32,000 nt of DNA from an uncultured archaeon (lineage in GTDB: Archaea; Asgardarchaeota; Thorarchaeia; Thorarchaeales; Thorarchaeaceae): the NCBI GenBank assembly GCA_964354495.1, contig CAYHAA010000001.1:522910-554909 (forward strand), read 5' to 3'. A model generated the notes under the pieces. That model was not told the DNA's origin, did not search any database, and was given only the letters and a program-made list of their open reading frames with translations. Positions 8,566 to 18,760 of the stretch are shown piece after piece. Position 1 is the stretch's first letter, and every line of letters begins with the position of its first letter. The translations under genes and the position numbers were made by a program.

Positions 8566-8751
8566 ATGGCACACGAGGGACTCGTCCTGTTCATGATTGC
8601 CCTGGGCATGCTCCTCCTGTTGGGATTCTATCTTGGACCGAACAGAGAAACAAGGCTTGTTAAGCGAAATGAGGGGAGAATCATGCTCGTCCCCTCCGCG
8701 CTGATCATGTTTGCCCTCGCAATTATTGTATTCAGTGGCGTGCTGGGCTAG
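8566..8751 (+). CDS. Small two-TM membrane protein (61 aa), function unknown
   Basis: Two hydrophobic segments separated by a basic loop (NRETRLVKRNEGR). It fills the gap and stops 2 nt from the convergent citG-like stop. Confidence 0.7.
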   Translation: MAHEGLVLFMIALGMLLLLGFYLGPNRETRLVKRNEGRIMLVPSALIMFALAIIVFSGVLG

Positions 8752-8753
8752 TT

Positions 8754-9719
8754 CTATGGATACGCAAGACTGACAAGTTTACAGAAGACAGCAGCAGATA
8801 CGATGTCTGCTGTTGTTCCAGGATTAAGCAAGTTCCCCTCTTCCCGCAGGGTGTCATCTAGCCTGACCATTAGCTCCACAGGTTCGCTCACATCAGACCA
8901 ATTCTGCATTGTCTTCTCAGCCAGACTTCGGACCTCTTCTGCTCGTGCTCTTCCAGCTTTCTTGATAATCAGTCCATCGGGTCGCTTTGATAGGAGCCAG
9001 ACAAAGGAACGAACAATAGCTTCTTCCAAGTCATCCAGAGATTGAGATATTTCAGTAATGAATGGATAGGCCTCTCCCAGAACTAATCCGAAATTGCTGG
9101 TCCACTCTCGACTTATCTCGTCAATGTCTGAGGACAGGCTGAAGAGGTCCACAAGCTTGAGGCCATCCATCATGACATTATCAATTGCAGCAGGATTGTC
9201 AAAATCGTATCTCCTATGGATGTCAGACCATTCAGGATCCTCCTTTATCCTGCGACCACCTGGTGTAGAGCGGGCGAAGGCTCGGTACAGTCCAATAGTA
9301 TCTTCTACTGTCGTTCCCTCGATGACTCTTCGAAGCCAATTCCGCACATTTCCTGTTGAGAAGTGTTTGTCCTCAATCAGGCTTGCAGCCATAGCCACTG
9401 TCAGAGGCACGTACAGAAGAATAGAGCCAAGGATTGTATTCCTCTCATTGAGACCGGTCAATGATTCCGATACGCAGGTTTCAATGAGTCCGCCCAGACC
9501 AGCTTCCTCTGGAGTCAACTTGTGTTTTCCGATTCTGACACCCCTTGAGGCGCACATATGGAGTCCTCTGGACATCATTGAAGCACTAGCAAGAAAGTGC
9601 CTGTATTCAGTATCTGAGAAGCGTGCACTTCGATTCACATTTCCAGGTTTTGGGGCACTTGCTTCAAGGAGCAACGAAAGCTGACCGAGTTCTGCCAATC
9701 TCCAAGTGATGTCGCTCAT
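8754..9719 (-). CDS. citG: Triphosphoribosyl-dephospho-CoA synthase (CitG) family protein, archaeal type
   Basis: N-terminal LLLEASAPKPGNV and C-terminal NPGTTADIVSAAVF signatures, plus the PDGLIIKKAG motif. Confidence 0.88.
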   Translation of the reverse strand: MSDITWRLAELGQLSLLLEASAPKPGNVNRSARFSDTEYRHFLASASMMSRGLHMCASRGVRIGKHKLTPEEAGLGGLIETCVSESLTGLNERNTILGSILLYVPLTVAMAASLIEDKHFSTGNVRNWLRRVIEGTTVEDTIGLYRAFARSTPGGRRIKEDPEWSDIHRRYDFDNPAAIDNVMMDGLKLVDLFSLSSDIDEISREWTSNFGLVLGEAYPFITEISQSLDDLEEAIVRSFVWLLSKRPDGLIIKKAGRARAEEVRSLAEKTMQNWSDVSEPVELMVRLDDTLREEGNLLNPGTTADIVSAAVFCKLVSLAYP

Positions 9720-9817
9720 TGGGGTGGCATAATATCATACTCCGTTTAAGATTCTCGGTGGCCCCCATATGGAATAAGTGTAAATAGAAGATTACAGCAA
9801 ATCCGCATGGTTGTATA

Positions 9818-10147
9818 ATGAGCCTCCCTGCCCGTATCTCATTTGCGCAAATTGGCATTCTAGTGTCCATCATTGTCTACATTGCAGTAAGGGGAATCTT
9901 CGCAATGATCAATTTTGGTCTACTATGGACTCAATTCGGCGGGTGGTTGGCCATCATACTGCCCTTGCCGCCTGTGATCGTTTTGGGCCTTACAGCCTGT
10001 GTTGTTTCATATGCGTTCACATACCTAGGTCTCTGGATGATGGACAGTGACTACTACATCTTAGGGGCGATTACAATAATCCTTTCTGTAATCGTCATCC
10101 CTGGGGGGCTGGGCACGTACAGTTGGTTCGGATTCACGGTCGGTTAG
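9818..10147 (+). CDS. Small polytopic membrane protein (109 aa, about 4 TM), function unknown
   Basis: Almost entirely hydrophobic. Divergent from citG-like; overlaps the sirtuin stop by 4 nt. Confidence 0.7.
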   Translation: MSLPARISFAQIGILVSIIVYIAVRGIFAMINFGLLWTQFGGWLAIILPLPPVIVLGLTACVVSYAFTYLGLWMMDSDYYILGAITIILSVIVIPGGLGTYSWFGFTVG

Positions 10148-10890
10148 TATTTAGTGATTAGAGGAACTAGCTCAGTCGCTCTCCCCGTCAGAATAATGTC
10201 TGCAATGCCTTCTCTATTCAAGCCCCTCAAATTGACAAGAATCACTTTCGCTCCTGATTTCTTGGCGATCCGTGGAAGAATTGCAGCGGGGTATATTGAG
10301 AGGCTTGTTCCAATTACCAGCATCAGGTCTGCATTTCGACAGAGAGCTACAGCGTTTTCCATCGGGATTTCTGGGAGAGGCTCTCCGAAGAGGATTGCCT
10401 CCGACTTGAGAACACCTCCGCATTTATCACACTTAGGCGGTATCTCACCTTTGGCTACTCTCTGATGTACCTTCTTCCCTACATACTCTGCCTTGCATCG
10501 AGTACAGTATGTCCTGAGATAGTTGCCATGTAGTTCAATGACTTTCTTGTTTCCAGCAAGTTGATGCAGGTTGTCAATATTCTGAGTAATTATGCCCTGG
10601 AGTTTTCCATCTGCTTCTAGCTTGGCAAGAGCCCGATGCGCGGCATTAGGAACCGCCTTAATGATGGTCGCTGCTAATTCACGCCCCATTGTCCAGAACC
10701 TAGTAGGGTCTCTCTTGAAACTGTCCAAGGTGGCGTATTCATGAGGATCGTATCTTTTCCAGAGACCTCCCTCAGATCTGAAATCTGGGATTCCCGAATC
10801 CACACTTATTCCTGCTCCAGTGAGAGCAGAGATTCTATTGGATTTGGAGATGAGTTCCTTTGCCCTCTCGATATCGATATTGATAGTCAT
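10144..10890 (-). CDS. cobB: NAD-dependent protein deacylase (Sir2/sirtuin)
   Basis: TGAGISVDSGIPDFR, ITQNIDNLHQ, IELHGN, zinc ligands CTRC...CDKC, IGTSLSIYPAA. Start set at ATG 10890 behind an AGGTGA RBS; the ORF track extends to 11013. Confidence 0.93.
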   Translation of the reverse strand: MTINIDIERAKELISKSNRISALTGAGISVDSGIPDFRSEGGLWKRYDPHEYATLDSFKRDPTRFWTMGRELAATIIKAVPNAAHRALAKLEADGKLQGIITQNIDNLHQLAGNKKVIELHGNYLRTYCTRCKAEYVGKKVHQRVAKGEIPPKCDKCGGVLKSEAILFGEPLPEIPMENAVALCRNADLMLVIGTSLSIYPAAILPRIAKKSGAKVILVNLRGLNREGIADIILTGRATELVPLITKY

Positions 10891-11121
10891 TTCACCTAAC
10901 ACATGTTCATTCCAACTAGAAGAGGTTTTCAATCTTTGGCTACTTATCTTCATTGTCCTTCCGCTGTCGAAAGGTTTTTCTTTGCTTGGCCAAGGTGTGA
11001 CGTGAGTCATCAAGGGGAACAGTGGACAAGGAGCCAGTCCCCGACCGGCCTTAGTGTCGGTTTCCTTTCTATATAGTCCTGCTAGTCATCTTCACGCAAA
11101 AATAGGCAGAGTGGACTTAAC

Positions 11122-11736
11122 ATGTCTGAAAAAGAAAATGAGAATCATGAGATGGAGATTGACATGTCTGATGACGGTCTTGACTCTGAAGAAATGATTG
11201 AAATCACACCTGAAAACCCTGATGTGAAGGATCTTGAGAGGGAACGACAGCGTTCAAGGGATCTGTTTGACAGACTCCAGAGGCTCCAAGCTGAGTTTGA
11301 TAACTACAGAAAGCGAATGGACGCGCGGTTTTCAGAAGCAACAAAATTTGTCAGCGAAGGCATACTCCTCAAGATGCTGGATGTCTACGACAATTTGCTT
11401 CGTGCTCTTGAGATTGACTTTGGCAAGAACACAAAGAGTGCTGAGGACGGCATCAAGGCAATACGACAGCAGATGGAGAAGATACTCACCGCCGAAGATG
11501 TTAGACCAATCAAGTCAGTTGGTCTGCCCTTCGACCCCTACTATCAACATTCTGTTGGCATCCATCAGGACCCGAAGGTACCCGATGGAATTGTTGCTGA
11601 AGAATATCAAGTTGGGTATATGTTAAAAGAGAAGGTGTTACGACCGGCTATAGTATGCGTGAATAGACACAGAGTTCCTGACAATGATGCGACTAAGAGT
11701 AAGAGTGAGAAGACACACAAGGATAGTGAAGTATAA
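11122..11736 (+). CDS. grpE: Nucleotide exchange factor GrpE
   Basis: [37 protein letters not shown]. The stop overlaps the dnaK ATG (TAATG). Confidence 0.95.
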   Translation: MSEKENENHEMEIDMSDDGLDSEEMIEITPENPDVKDLERERQRSRDLFDRLQRLQAEFDNYRKRMDARFSEATKFVSEGILLKMLDVYDNLLRALEIDFGKNTKSAEDGIKAIRQQMEKILTAEDVRPIKSVGLPFDPYYQHSVGIHQDPKVPDGIVAEEYQVGYMLKEKVLRPAIVCVNRHRVPDNDATKSKSEKTHKDSEV

Positions 11737-13625
11737 TGGCGAAGGTTGTAGGTATCGATCTTGGAACAACATATAGTGGCATTGCATATATGCTGGCTGG
11801 AAAGCCAACTATGATTCCAAATGCTGAAGGACAGCGAATTACCCCGTCCGTTGTTGGAATCACACCCAAGGGTGAAGTTGTTGTTGGCGAGCTTGCAAAG
11901 CGACAAGCTGTGTCAATGCCTGAAAGAACAGTGCGTTCAATCAAACGCAAGATGGGACAAGACTACAAAGTCAAGATAGGTGACAAGGATTATGCTCCTC
12001 AGGAAATCTCGGCCATGATTCTTACCAAGTTGAAGCGTGATGCTGAGGCATTCCTGGGTGAACCAATCAAACAGGCTGTGATTACAGTTCCTGCCTATTT
12101 CAATGACAGTCAGCGACAGGCAACAAAAGATGCTGGAAAGATTGCTGGCCTGGAGGTCTTGCGTATCGTGAATGAGCCAACAGCGTCGGCACTTGCCTAT
12201 GGTCTGGATAGGAAGGAGGAGGTCAAGATTCTTGTCTATGATCTCGGGGGTGGTACTTTTGATGTGTCAATTCTCGATATTGGTGAGGATGTCTATGAGG
12301 TTCTTGCAACCAGCGGAAATACGCAGCTCGGTGGAGATGATTGGGATAAACGAATCATTGATTGGGTTGTTAGAGAGTTCAGGAAGTCGACAGGAATGGA
12401 TGTAACAAAAGATCTCTCTGCAATGCAGCGTATCCGTGATGCATCTGAACAGGCTAAGATTGAACTCTCTACAGTCCTGAAGACAACAATCAACCTGCCC
12501 TACATCACAGCAGACCAAAGTGGTCCGAAACATATCAACCTTGAACTCACCCGTTCTCAATTGGAGAAGATGACCGACGATCTAGTTCAAGCGACAATGG
12601 GCCCTATTAGGCAAGCTCTCAGCGATGCGAAGTTGGAGCCCGAGCGCCTCGACAAGATTCTGCTTGTCGGTGGTGCAACAAGAATGCCGATGATTCAGAA
12701 TTCTGTTAGAGCGATGTTCGGAAAGGAAGGTGACAAGAGTATCAATCCTGATGAGGTCGTTGCTCTCGGAGCCGCTGCTCAAGCAGGAGTTCTTACTGGT
12801 GAAACCAAGGAGGTCGTGCTTCTTGATGTCACTTCTCTGACACTCGGTATCGAGACTCTGGGAGGCATATCGACTCCACTGATTGAACGCAATACAACAA
12901 TTCCGATTTCCAAGAGCAAGATCTTCTCAACAGCGGCTGACCATCAGACAGCCGTCGACATCCATGTGACTCAGGGTGAGCGCAAGATGGCTGGTGATAA
13001 TATGACTCTCGGCCGATTCCAGCTTGTGGGAATTCCACCAGCGCCTCGCGGCGTGCCAAAGATAGAAGTGTCCTTCGACATCGATGCTAACGGCATCGTC
13101 AATGTAAAGGCAAAGGACCTTGCCACAGGCAACGAGCAGTCCATAACTATCACAGCAAGCACCAATCTGTCAGACGCAGATGTGAAGAGAATGGTTAAGG
13201 ACGCAGAGAAGAATGCTGAGGAGGACGCAAAGCGATTCGCTCAGATTGAAACCAGGAACAATGCTGACCAGATGATATACCAAGGAGAAAAACTTGTCAA
13301 GGACATGGGTGACAAAGTTCCAGCTGATCTCAAGAAGGAACTAGAAGCCAAGTCTGAGGATGTCCGAAAGTCGATTGAAGCCAATGATTATGAAAAGATG
13401 AAGTCCGGGACTGACGAACTTCAGCAGATAATCTTCAAGATATCGGAGAAGGTCTATGGTTCTGCAGGCCCTGGAGCTCAAGCTGGCGGAGCTGGCTTTG
13501 ATCCCTCGAAAATGGGCGGTTTCGATTCTTCTAAGAGGAGTGGCACAAAGAGCAAGAAAGGACCAAAGCCTGACGATTCCTCTGACGAGGATGTAGTTGA
13601 CGTGGACTTTGAAGATCTAGATTAG
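11736..13625 (+). CDS. dnaK: Chaperone DnaK (Hsp70)
   Basis: [67 protein letters not shown]. Confidence 0.99.
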   Translation: MAKVVGIDLGTTYSGIAYMLAGKPTMIPNAEGQRITPSVVGITPKGEVVVGELAKRQAVSMPERTVRSIKRKMGQDYKVKIGDKDYAPQEISAMILTKLKRDAEAFLGEPIKQAVITVPAYFNDSQRQATKDAGKIAGLEVLRIVNEPTASALAYGLDRKEEVKILVYDLGGGTFDVSILDIGEDVYEVLATSGNTQLGGDDWDKRIIDWVVREFRKSTGMDVTKDLSAMQRIRDASEQAKIELSTVLKTTINLPYITADQSGPKHINLELTRSQLEKMTDDLVQATMGPIRQALSDAKLEPERLDKILLVGGATRMPMIQNSVRAMFGKEGDKSINPDEVVALGAAAQAGVLTGETKEVVLLDVTSLTLGIETLGGISTPLIERNTTIPISKSKIFSTAADHQTAVDIHVTQGERKMAGDNMTLGRFQLVGIPPAPRGVPKIEVSFDIDANGIVNVKAKDLATGNEQSITITASTNLSDADVKRMVKDAEKNAEEDAKRFAQIETRNNADQMIYQGEKLVKDMGDKVPADLKKELEAKSEDVRKSIEANDYEKMKSGTDELQQIIFKISEKVYGSAGPGAQAGGAGFDPSKMGGFDSSKRSGTKSKKGPKPDDSSDEDVVDVDFEDLD

Positions 13626-13648
13626 TCCTTCATAGTGAGGTGAGCTTC

Positions 13649-14686
13649 TTGGCTGAGGATGATTACTATGATATGCTTGGCGTTGGAAGGAATGCAACCC
13701 AAGATGAAATCAAGAAAGCATATCGAACGCTTGCCAAGAAGTATCATCCTGATCGTAACCCCAATGACAAAGCAGCGGAGTCGAAACTGAAAGCTATCAA
13801 CGAGGCTTACAGTGTCCTTGGAGATCCTGAGAAGCGCACTAAATACGACCGGTGGGGAACAGCAGATGAGCAAGGTATTGACATGGACAACTTTGGTGAC
13901 ATGTTCAGCTCAATCTTCCGCGGGTTTGGTGGTTTTGGTGGGTTCGGAGGCCGAGGTGGACCTTCGGGACCCGAGCCGGGGCAGACACTTCGGATTTCAA
14001 TCGATCTTACCTTTGATGAAGCCTTCTTTGGCATTGAGAAGGAAATTGCATTCAACAGGAAGATACATTGTGAGACCTGCAAGGGATCGGGAGCCGCGAA
14101 AGGTAGTGCAGCCAAGACCTGTCCAACGTGTCGTGGTCAAGGCCAAATCGCTCGGTCGATGGGATTCCTGAGCGTCGCCCAGACATGTCCTACATGTGGT
14201 GGAATTGGCGAGACTGTTGATACGCCTTGCCCTGATTGTAGAGGTCAGGGTCTTCGGAGTGAGCGCCGGAAGACTACGCTGCCAGTTCCTCCCGGCGTTG
14301 AAGATGGGCAGGGTATAAGAATTCCAGGCGGCGGAAATGCAGGTGCTCGAAGAGGACCCTATGGCGATCTCATTGTCATGTTCAGTGTTGCGCCTCATGA
14401 GAAATTTGTTCGACGAGGGCTACACGTCTACATGGAGCACGAGATACCATTCTCTCTTGCAGTGCTGGGTGGTGAAGTAGAGGTACCCACGATGAGGGGA
14501 CTGAGTAAGATGAAAGTCTCCCCGGGCACTGAGGGTGGAACATTGTTCCGAATGAAGGACAAGGGCGTTCATGCGGAAGATGGTCGTCGAGGTGACCAGC
14601 TCGTCCGAGTCAAGATTCAGATTCCTCGGAAGCTCTCGAAGGAACAGAAGGAGTATCTCAGCAGGTTCTCAGAGGTCTTTGATTAG
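13649..14686 (+). CDS. dnaJ: Chaperone DnaJ (Hsp40)
   Basis: J-domain with HPD, G/F-rich linker, four CxxCxGxG motifs ([32 protein letters not shown]). Probable TTG start at 13649 after GAGGTGAG; the ORF track uses GTG 13640. Confidence 0.97.
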   Translation: MAEDDYYDMLGVGRNATQDEIKKAYRTLAKKYHPDRNPNDKAAESKLKAINEAYSVLGDPEKRTKYDRWGTADEQGIDMDNFGDMFSSIFRGFGGFGGFGGRGGPSGPEPGQTLRISIDLTFDEAFFGIEKEIAFNRKIHCETCKGSGAAKGSAAKTCPTCRGQGQIARSMGFLSVAQTCPTCGGIGETVDTPCPDCRGQGLRSERRKTTLPVPPGVEDGQGIRIPGGGNAGARRGPYGDLIVMFSVAPHEKFVRRGLHVYMEHEIPFSLAVLGGEVEVPTMRGLSKMKVSPGTEGGTLFRMKDKGVHAEDGRRGDQLVRVKIQIPRKLSKEQKEYLSRFSEVFD

Positions 14687-15252
14687 AACTTCAGAGGCTT
14701 GCAGAGGCAGGCCTTCATTCTGAGTTTGGGAAACGCATGAGTGTTTGCTGGTTGTACGATCCATGCGGTATCTGCCCCTTTTCCTGTTCCAGCGATGCAC
14801 ACCACATCACGGTCTGTGGGAATGAGTCCAGCATCTGCGGCCATCATTGCAATCTCAGCGCAGACCTTTGTTCCCTGACCAAACGTGCGAAATGCTACTG
14901 CGATAATCTCGGTGGGCTGCCACCCCCCCAGTTCCACTCTGATTCCTCTGGCAACCCCTGCAAATGCGTGAGTTGCTGTGAGAATACGTGCTCCTTCATT
15001 GATGATTCTCTCTCGCTGGTCATCCTTCAATTCATTCTCATTCGGAGCAGCGAAGCCTGCTTGGTGTGACACAACAATGACAGTCTTGTTTTTGAACCTC
15101 TGCGCTGCCTCTAGCCCCGTTGCTCCTCCGGTCGATGCCACAACGATGTGCTCAACAGATAGATTGTCCATGAGGAATTCATTCACGACTGAGAGGACTT
15201 TCTGTGTGTTTGCCTGCGATAGCTCATCAAAATAGTAGGTCTGGACTCTCAT
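14683..15252 (-). CDS. Pyruvate-kinase C-terminal alpha/beta-domain protein (COG1751 / MTH1675-like)
   Basis: [55 protein letters not shown]. Confidence 0.85.
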   Translation of the reverse strand: MRVQTYYFDELSQANTQKVLSVVNEFLMDNLSVEHIVVASTGGATGLEAAQRFKNKTVIVVSHQAGFAAPNENELKDDQRERIINEGARILTATHAFAGVARGIRVELGGWQPTEIIAVAFRTFGQGTKVCAEIAMMAADAGLIPTDRDVVCIAGTGKGADTAWIVQPANTHAFPKLRMKACLCKPLKF

Positions 15253-15291
15253 GATACTATTGGTGCACCTGCCTCTACTTGAGGCTTCCTT

Positions 15292-15738
15292 CTAGGGTTT
15301 TCCAATCTGCCTGGCTCGTACAAACCACTCGATGACCGCGAACACCATCAATACAACAACTGCAAGAGAGAAATCGACTGCTCCATCTGTGATAGTTGAG
15401 ACGATCCATGCTGCTAGGACGACAACAATAAGAGCTGCTACCAAACGAATCGCATAATACCGGATTCGACCAGAATTGCCTGCTTGCTCAGGTTCGTGGA
15501 CCTGCTCGATTGCATATTCTTCAGCTATTTCCTCGGGTGTGCCAACGTCATCAAGGACCTCTTGAATCAGACTAGACTGGCTTTCATCTGGATTGCTCCT
15601 AATCTTGTTGTTCAATGCCTCGTAAATATGAGATCGGAGATCTGCCATCAGATCTTCAGCGGCAAAGTTGTCAGGAAGAAGACGGGACGTCTTCTTGATG
15701 AAATCCTCAATCATTCTCTCAGTTTCGCCACTAATCAT
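15292..15738 (-). CDS. HAAS-like domain plus two TM helices (PadR partner)
   Basis: DLRSHIYEA...LDDVGTPEEIAEEY matches the HAAS pattern, followed by two hydrophobic helices. ATG overlaps the PadR stop by 8 nt. Confidence 0.75.
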   Translation of the reverse strand: MISGETERMIEDFIKKTSRLLPDNFAAEDLMADLRSHIYEALNNKIRSNPDESQSSLIQEVLDDVGTPEEIAEEYAIEQVHEPEQAGNSGRIRYYAIRLVAALIVVVLAAWIVSTITDGAVDFSLAVVVLMVFAVIEWFVRARQIGKP

Positions 15739-16159
15739 GTCCTAGAACCTCCAGTTTTCGAAAGATATCTCTGACAAGCACGGTCAGTTGTCTATAGACT
15801 CGGTCTCCCTCTCCGGTCAGGACGTACACCTTTCTGCTCGGCCCTGAATCAGACTTCTCATCGTACACATTGAGGAGCCGCTCCTTGCGAAGTCTATGGA
15901 GAATAGGATACAGGGTTCCTTCCTTTACTTGAAGCAGTCCGTCTGTCTTCTCCTGCAACTCACGGGCAATGCCATATCCATGAATCCCTGACTCGTGATT
16001 TTTCACAATTGCCAGGATCGCATATTGAAGGACACCTCTTCTGAATTCTACTCTCCATGTGTCCTCAAAGCTGGGTCCTCGTTGCAATGGATGCAGTCCT
16101 CTCAGATCCTGAGAACGTGTTTCTGTATATGCCTTAAGGTTGTCTATTTCAGACGACAT
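15731..16159 (-). CDS. PadR family transcriptional regulator
   Basis: RRGVLQYAILAIV, HGYGIAREL, EGTLYPILHRL, GPSRKVYVLTGEG. Probable ATG at 16159 overlapping the MFS stop; alternative 16168. Confidence 0.92.
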   Translation of the reverse strand: MSSEIDNLKAYTETRSQDLRGLHPLQRGPSFEDTWRVEFRRGVLQYAILAIVKNHESGIHGYGIARELQEKTDGLLQVKEGTLYPILHRLRKERLLNVYDEKSDSGPSRKVYVLTGEGDRVYRQLTVLVRDIFRKLEVLGHD

Positions 16160-17540
16160 TCGTGTCATGGCGTCTCACATGGATAAGAGCCCTAAACTCC
16201 CTCCAGAGCGTCGAGGAGTACTGCCTTGGCTCTCTTATCAGTAAGTAGAAGAATGAGGCGACGAACCTTAGAACACAGCTTAGCATGAGCATTATGAATA
16301 CTGTCTGCCTAGAATCGTGGATAATGAGCAGGATTGACTGTCCGAGAAGACCTGCAAGAAATGATCCCAGGAGGTATACGATGCCAGTGAATGTATTGAA
16401 TACTGCAATGTGTGCGCCCCTCTCTGAGGCTGGAGCGACGTCATAAAGGTATGCAGTGATGGCATTGAATGCTGAGGCAGTGCAGAATCCTGCAACCACA
16501 TTGGCGATGTAAACGATCCAGACATTCCATGCTAGGGCATACAGAACTGGGACTACAAATAGGAGTCCACGACCCACCAGTATCAAGGGTTTTCTGCCAA
16601 TTCTGTCGCTTAGCCTACCGAAGGGCACAGTGAATATGACTGTTGAGGCCGTCATAATGGCTGAAGCGAGGGCAATCTCCAATATTGAATTCTGCAGCCA
16701 GTCTCGTTGGACAATGATGAAATACGGCCATGCCATGGACATCGCAAATGAGAAGAAGACAGCAACAAAACAGAAACGACGGAAATCCCCTGGCCTTGAA
16801 AGTAGCTTGAATATTGGAGGGAATCGTTTTGGTCCGTCACGCTTTCGAGCTTTCTCACGAATTCCTAGAGAGAGTACTGATGTTGAGATTCCAATGACAG
16901 CTGTGAGAAAGAACGGAATGTAGTATGCTTCCCGCCAAGCATCTACGGATGGAAACAGGACAGTGCCTATGCAGCCAAATGATGACCTCAAGAAGGAAAG
17001 GATGCCGGGCATACCGGCAAGGAATCCGGAAACTAGGGTAGCGAGAAGCGAGGCAATATTTGTTATCAGTCCTAATTTTCCTAGTTCGTCTCCTCTGTTT
17101 TTCTCGCCCATGAGACACCCGATTAGTGATAACCAGGTTGGAATCTGAACACTAAACAGAATGGACTGAATCGCATACATGATTATCATGTCAAGTGGAG
17201 TTGCTGCCCACAGGAATAGGTAAACGCATGCAAGCCCCGACATTATTCCAAATGCAACGAATGCTTTTGCGTGTCCGGCTCTGTCTGATGCTGCCCCCCA
17301 TGCTGGTTGTAGAATAGTAGGCGCGAAATCTCCCACACTCCTGAATATGCCAAGCTGTGCGAAATTCAGTTCGCCATACAGGTTTGTCTGCATATCAACA
17401 AGATATGTCTGCAGGAAAGGTGCATGAAGACCTAGAGCAAATTGAGTCAGGGCTCCCACAGCGATCGCTCTCGTGGGGAGCTTTTGTTCCTCAATTGCTT
17501 CACAGGTTTCTTCGGTCAAAGGATGTTCTCCTTGAAACAC
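16149..17540 (-). CDS. Major facilitator superfamily transporter
   Basis: About 12 hydrophobic helices. MFS motif A in both halves (GAASDRAGHAK; GRLSDRIGRKP). Confidence 0.9.
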   Translation of the reverse strand: MFQGEHPLTEETCEAIEEQKLPTRAIAVGALTQFALGLHAPFLQTYLVDMQTNLYGELNFAQLGIFRSVGDFAPTILQPAWGAASDRAGHAKAFVAFGIMSGLACVYLFLWAATPLDMIIMYAIQSILFSVQIPTWLSLIGCLMGEKNRGDELGKLGLITNIASLLATLVSGFLAGMPGILSFLRSSFGCIGTVLFPSVDAWREAYYIPFFLTAVIGISTSVLSLGIREKARKRDGPKRFPPIFKLLSRPGDFRRFCFVAVFFSFAMSMAWPYFIIVQRDWLQNSILEIALASAIMTASTVIFTVPFGRLSDRIGRKPLILVGRGLLFVVPVLYALAWNVWIVYIANVVAGFCTASAFNAITAYLYDVAPASERGAHIAVFNTFTGIVYLLGSFLAGLLGQSILLIIHDSRQTVFIMLMLSCVLRFVASFFYLLIREPRQYSSTLWREFRALIHVRRHDTNVV

Positions 17541-17647
17541 GTTGGCGCTCTGTCCCCCTATTAACTGTAATTCTGGTTTCCAATGCTTGAAACGTCAATA
17601 ACCGTCAGACTATTATTGCATCAAGCTCAACTTCTGAGTGTTGAAAG

Positions 17648-18757
17648 ATGCTGGGAGAGTCAGTATATAGGTCGAGATTGGAACAAATCCAGAAGCAGTT
17701 GGACACAGCCGGTGCGGATTTTGCGCTTCTAACTCCCGCTCCTAGTTTTCAATACATAGCTGGATACACCTACAATATGAGAGAGCGTCTTGTGGCTCTT
17801 GTGATTCCGAGAGGTGCGGAACCTGAGCTCATTGTTCCAGCTTTTGAGGCATCTGATCACTCCTCGCACACTTGGGTCAAGGGAATAAGATCCTGGACGG
17901 AGGATGAAAATCCATACCTGATGATAGCAGATGCAGTTGGAAAAGGCGGCAATGACTTCACAGTCATGCTTGATGACAGTCTTCCTCTGGGTGTTTATTG
18001 GTCACTCGAAAAGGCCTTTGACGGCTTCAAGAAGGCAGTGTCGATTACACCTGCGATTGACGCTTTGCGAATCTCAAAATCCGAGGATGAGATTGCTTTG
18101 ATGCGGAAGGCAGGCCACATCATTGACGAGGCCATGATGAAAGCCTTCAGAGATGCGCAGATTGGGATGACTGAGGTGCAGGTTGGTCAGATAGTGCAAC
18201 AAGAAATTCTTCGGCAGGGTGCTGCTCCCAGTTTTGGTGCCATTCAATTTGGGAGGAATAGTGCACTACCTCACGCGGATTCGAGTATGAGAGAGCTGAA
18301 GCGAGGAGATGTTGTCCTGATGGACTGCGGCTGCTCAGTCGATGGATACAATACTGACATGACTCGTGTTGGAGTTGCAGGAAAGCCGTCACCTGAGATG
18401 GAGCTAGTCTACTCTGTTGTGCGGAAAGCCGAAGAAACTGCGATTGAGAGTATCTCTTCCAGAATGGTCTGTGGCATTGCAGATGGAATTGCTAGGCGTG
18501 TCATAGAGGCGGCAGGATACGGTGACTACTTCACTCATCGTCTAGGTCATGGCATTGGACTTGAAGTCCATGAACCCCCCTATCTTGTCCGCGGCAGTTC
18601 GGCAGAGCTTGGACCGGGAATGTGCCATAGCATCGAACCTGGTGTCTATTTCGAGGGCAAGTTCGGCATGCGAGTAGAAGACCTTGTCTGCATCCGACAA
18701 GATGGGCTTGAGGTCATAACCTATTCTCCAAAGGACTTGATAATAATGGACCTCTGA
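17648..18757 (+). CDS. pepQ: Xaa-Pro dipeptidase / aminopeptidase P (M24B)
   Basis: Creatinase-like N-domain. Metal ligands in ALPHA, MDCGC, YNTDMTR, HRLGHGIGLEVHEPP, SIEPGVY, GMRVED. Confidence 0.92.
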   Translation: MLGESVYRSRLEQIQKQLDTAGADFALLTPAPSFQYIAGYTYNMRERLVALVIPRGAEPELIVPAFEASDHSSHTWVKGIRSWTEDENPYLMIADAVGKGGNDFTVMLDDSLPLGVYWSLEKAFDGFKKAVSITPAIDALRISKSEDEIALMRKAGHIIDEAMMKAFRDAQIGMTEVQVGQIVQQEILRQGAAPSFGAIQFGRNSALPHADSSMRELKRGDVVLMDCGCSVDGYNTDMTRVGVAGKPSPEMELVYSVVRKAEETAIESISSRMVCGIADGIARRVIEAAGYGDYFTHRLGHGIGLEVHEPPYLVRGSSAELGPGMCHSIEPGVYFEGKFGMRVEDLVCIRQDGLEVITYSPKDLIIMDL

Positions 18758-18760
18758 TGA

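Noticed and set aside
10891-11013. 41-aa N-terminal extension of the sirtuin given by the ORF track
   Set aside because: A perfect AGGTGA RBS precedes ATG 10890, which gives a typical 248-aa sirtuin. The extension overlaps the likely promoter region.
11014-11121. CIRCE heat-shock operator
   Set aside because: No TTAGCACTC-N9-GAGTGCTAA. The only inverted repeat is a 5-bp CCGAC/GTCGG.
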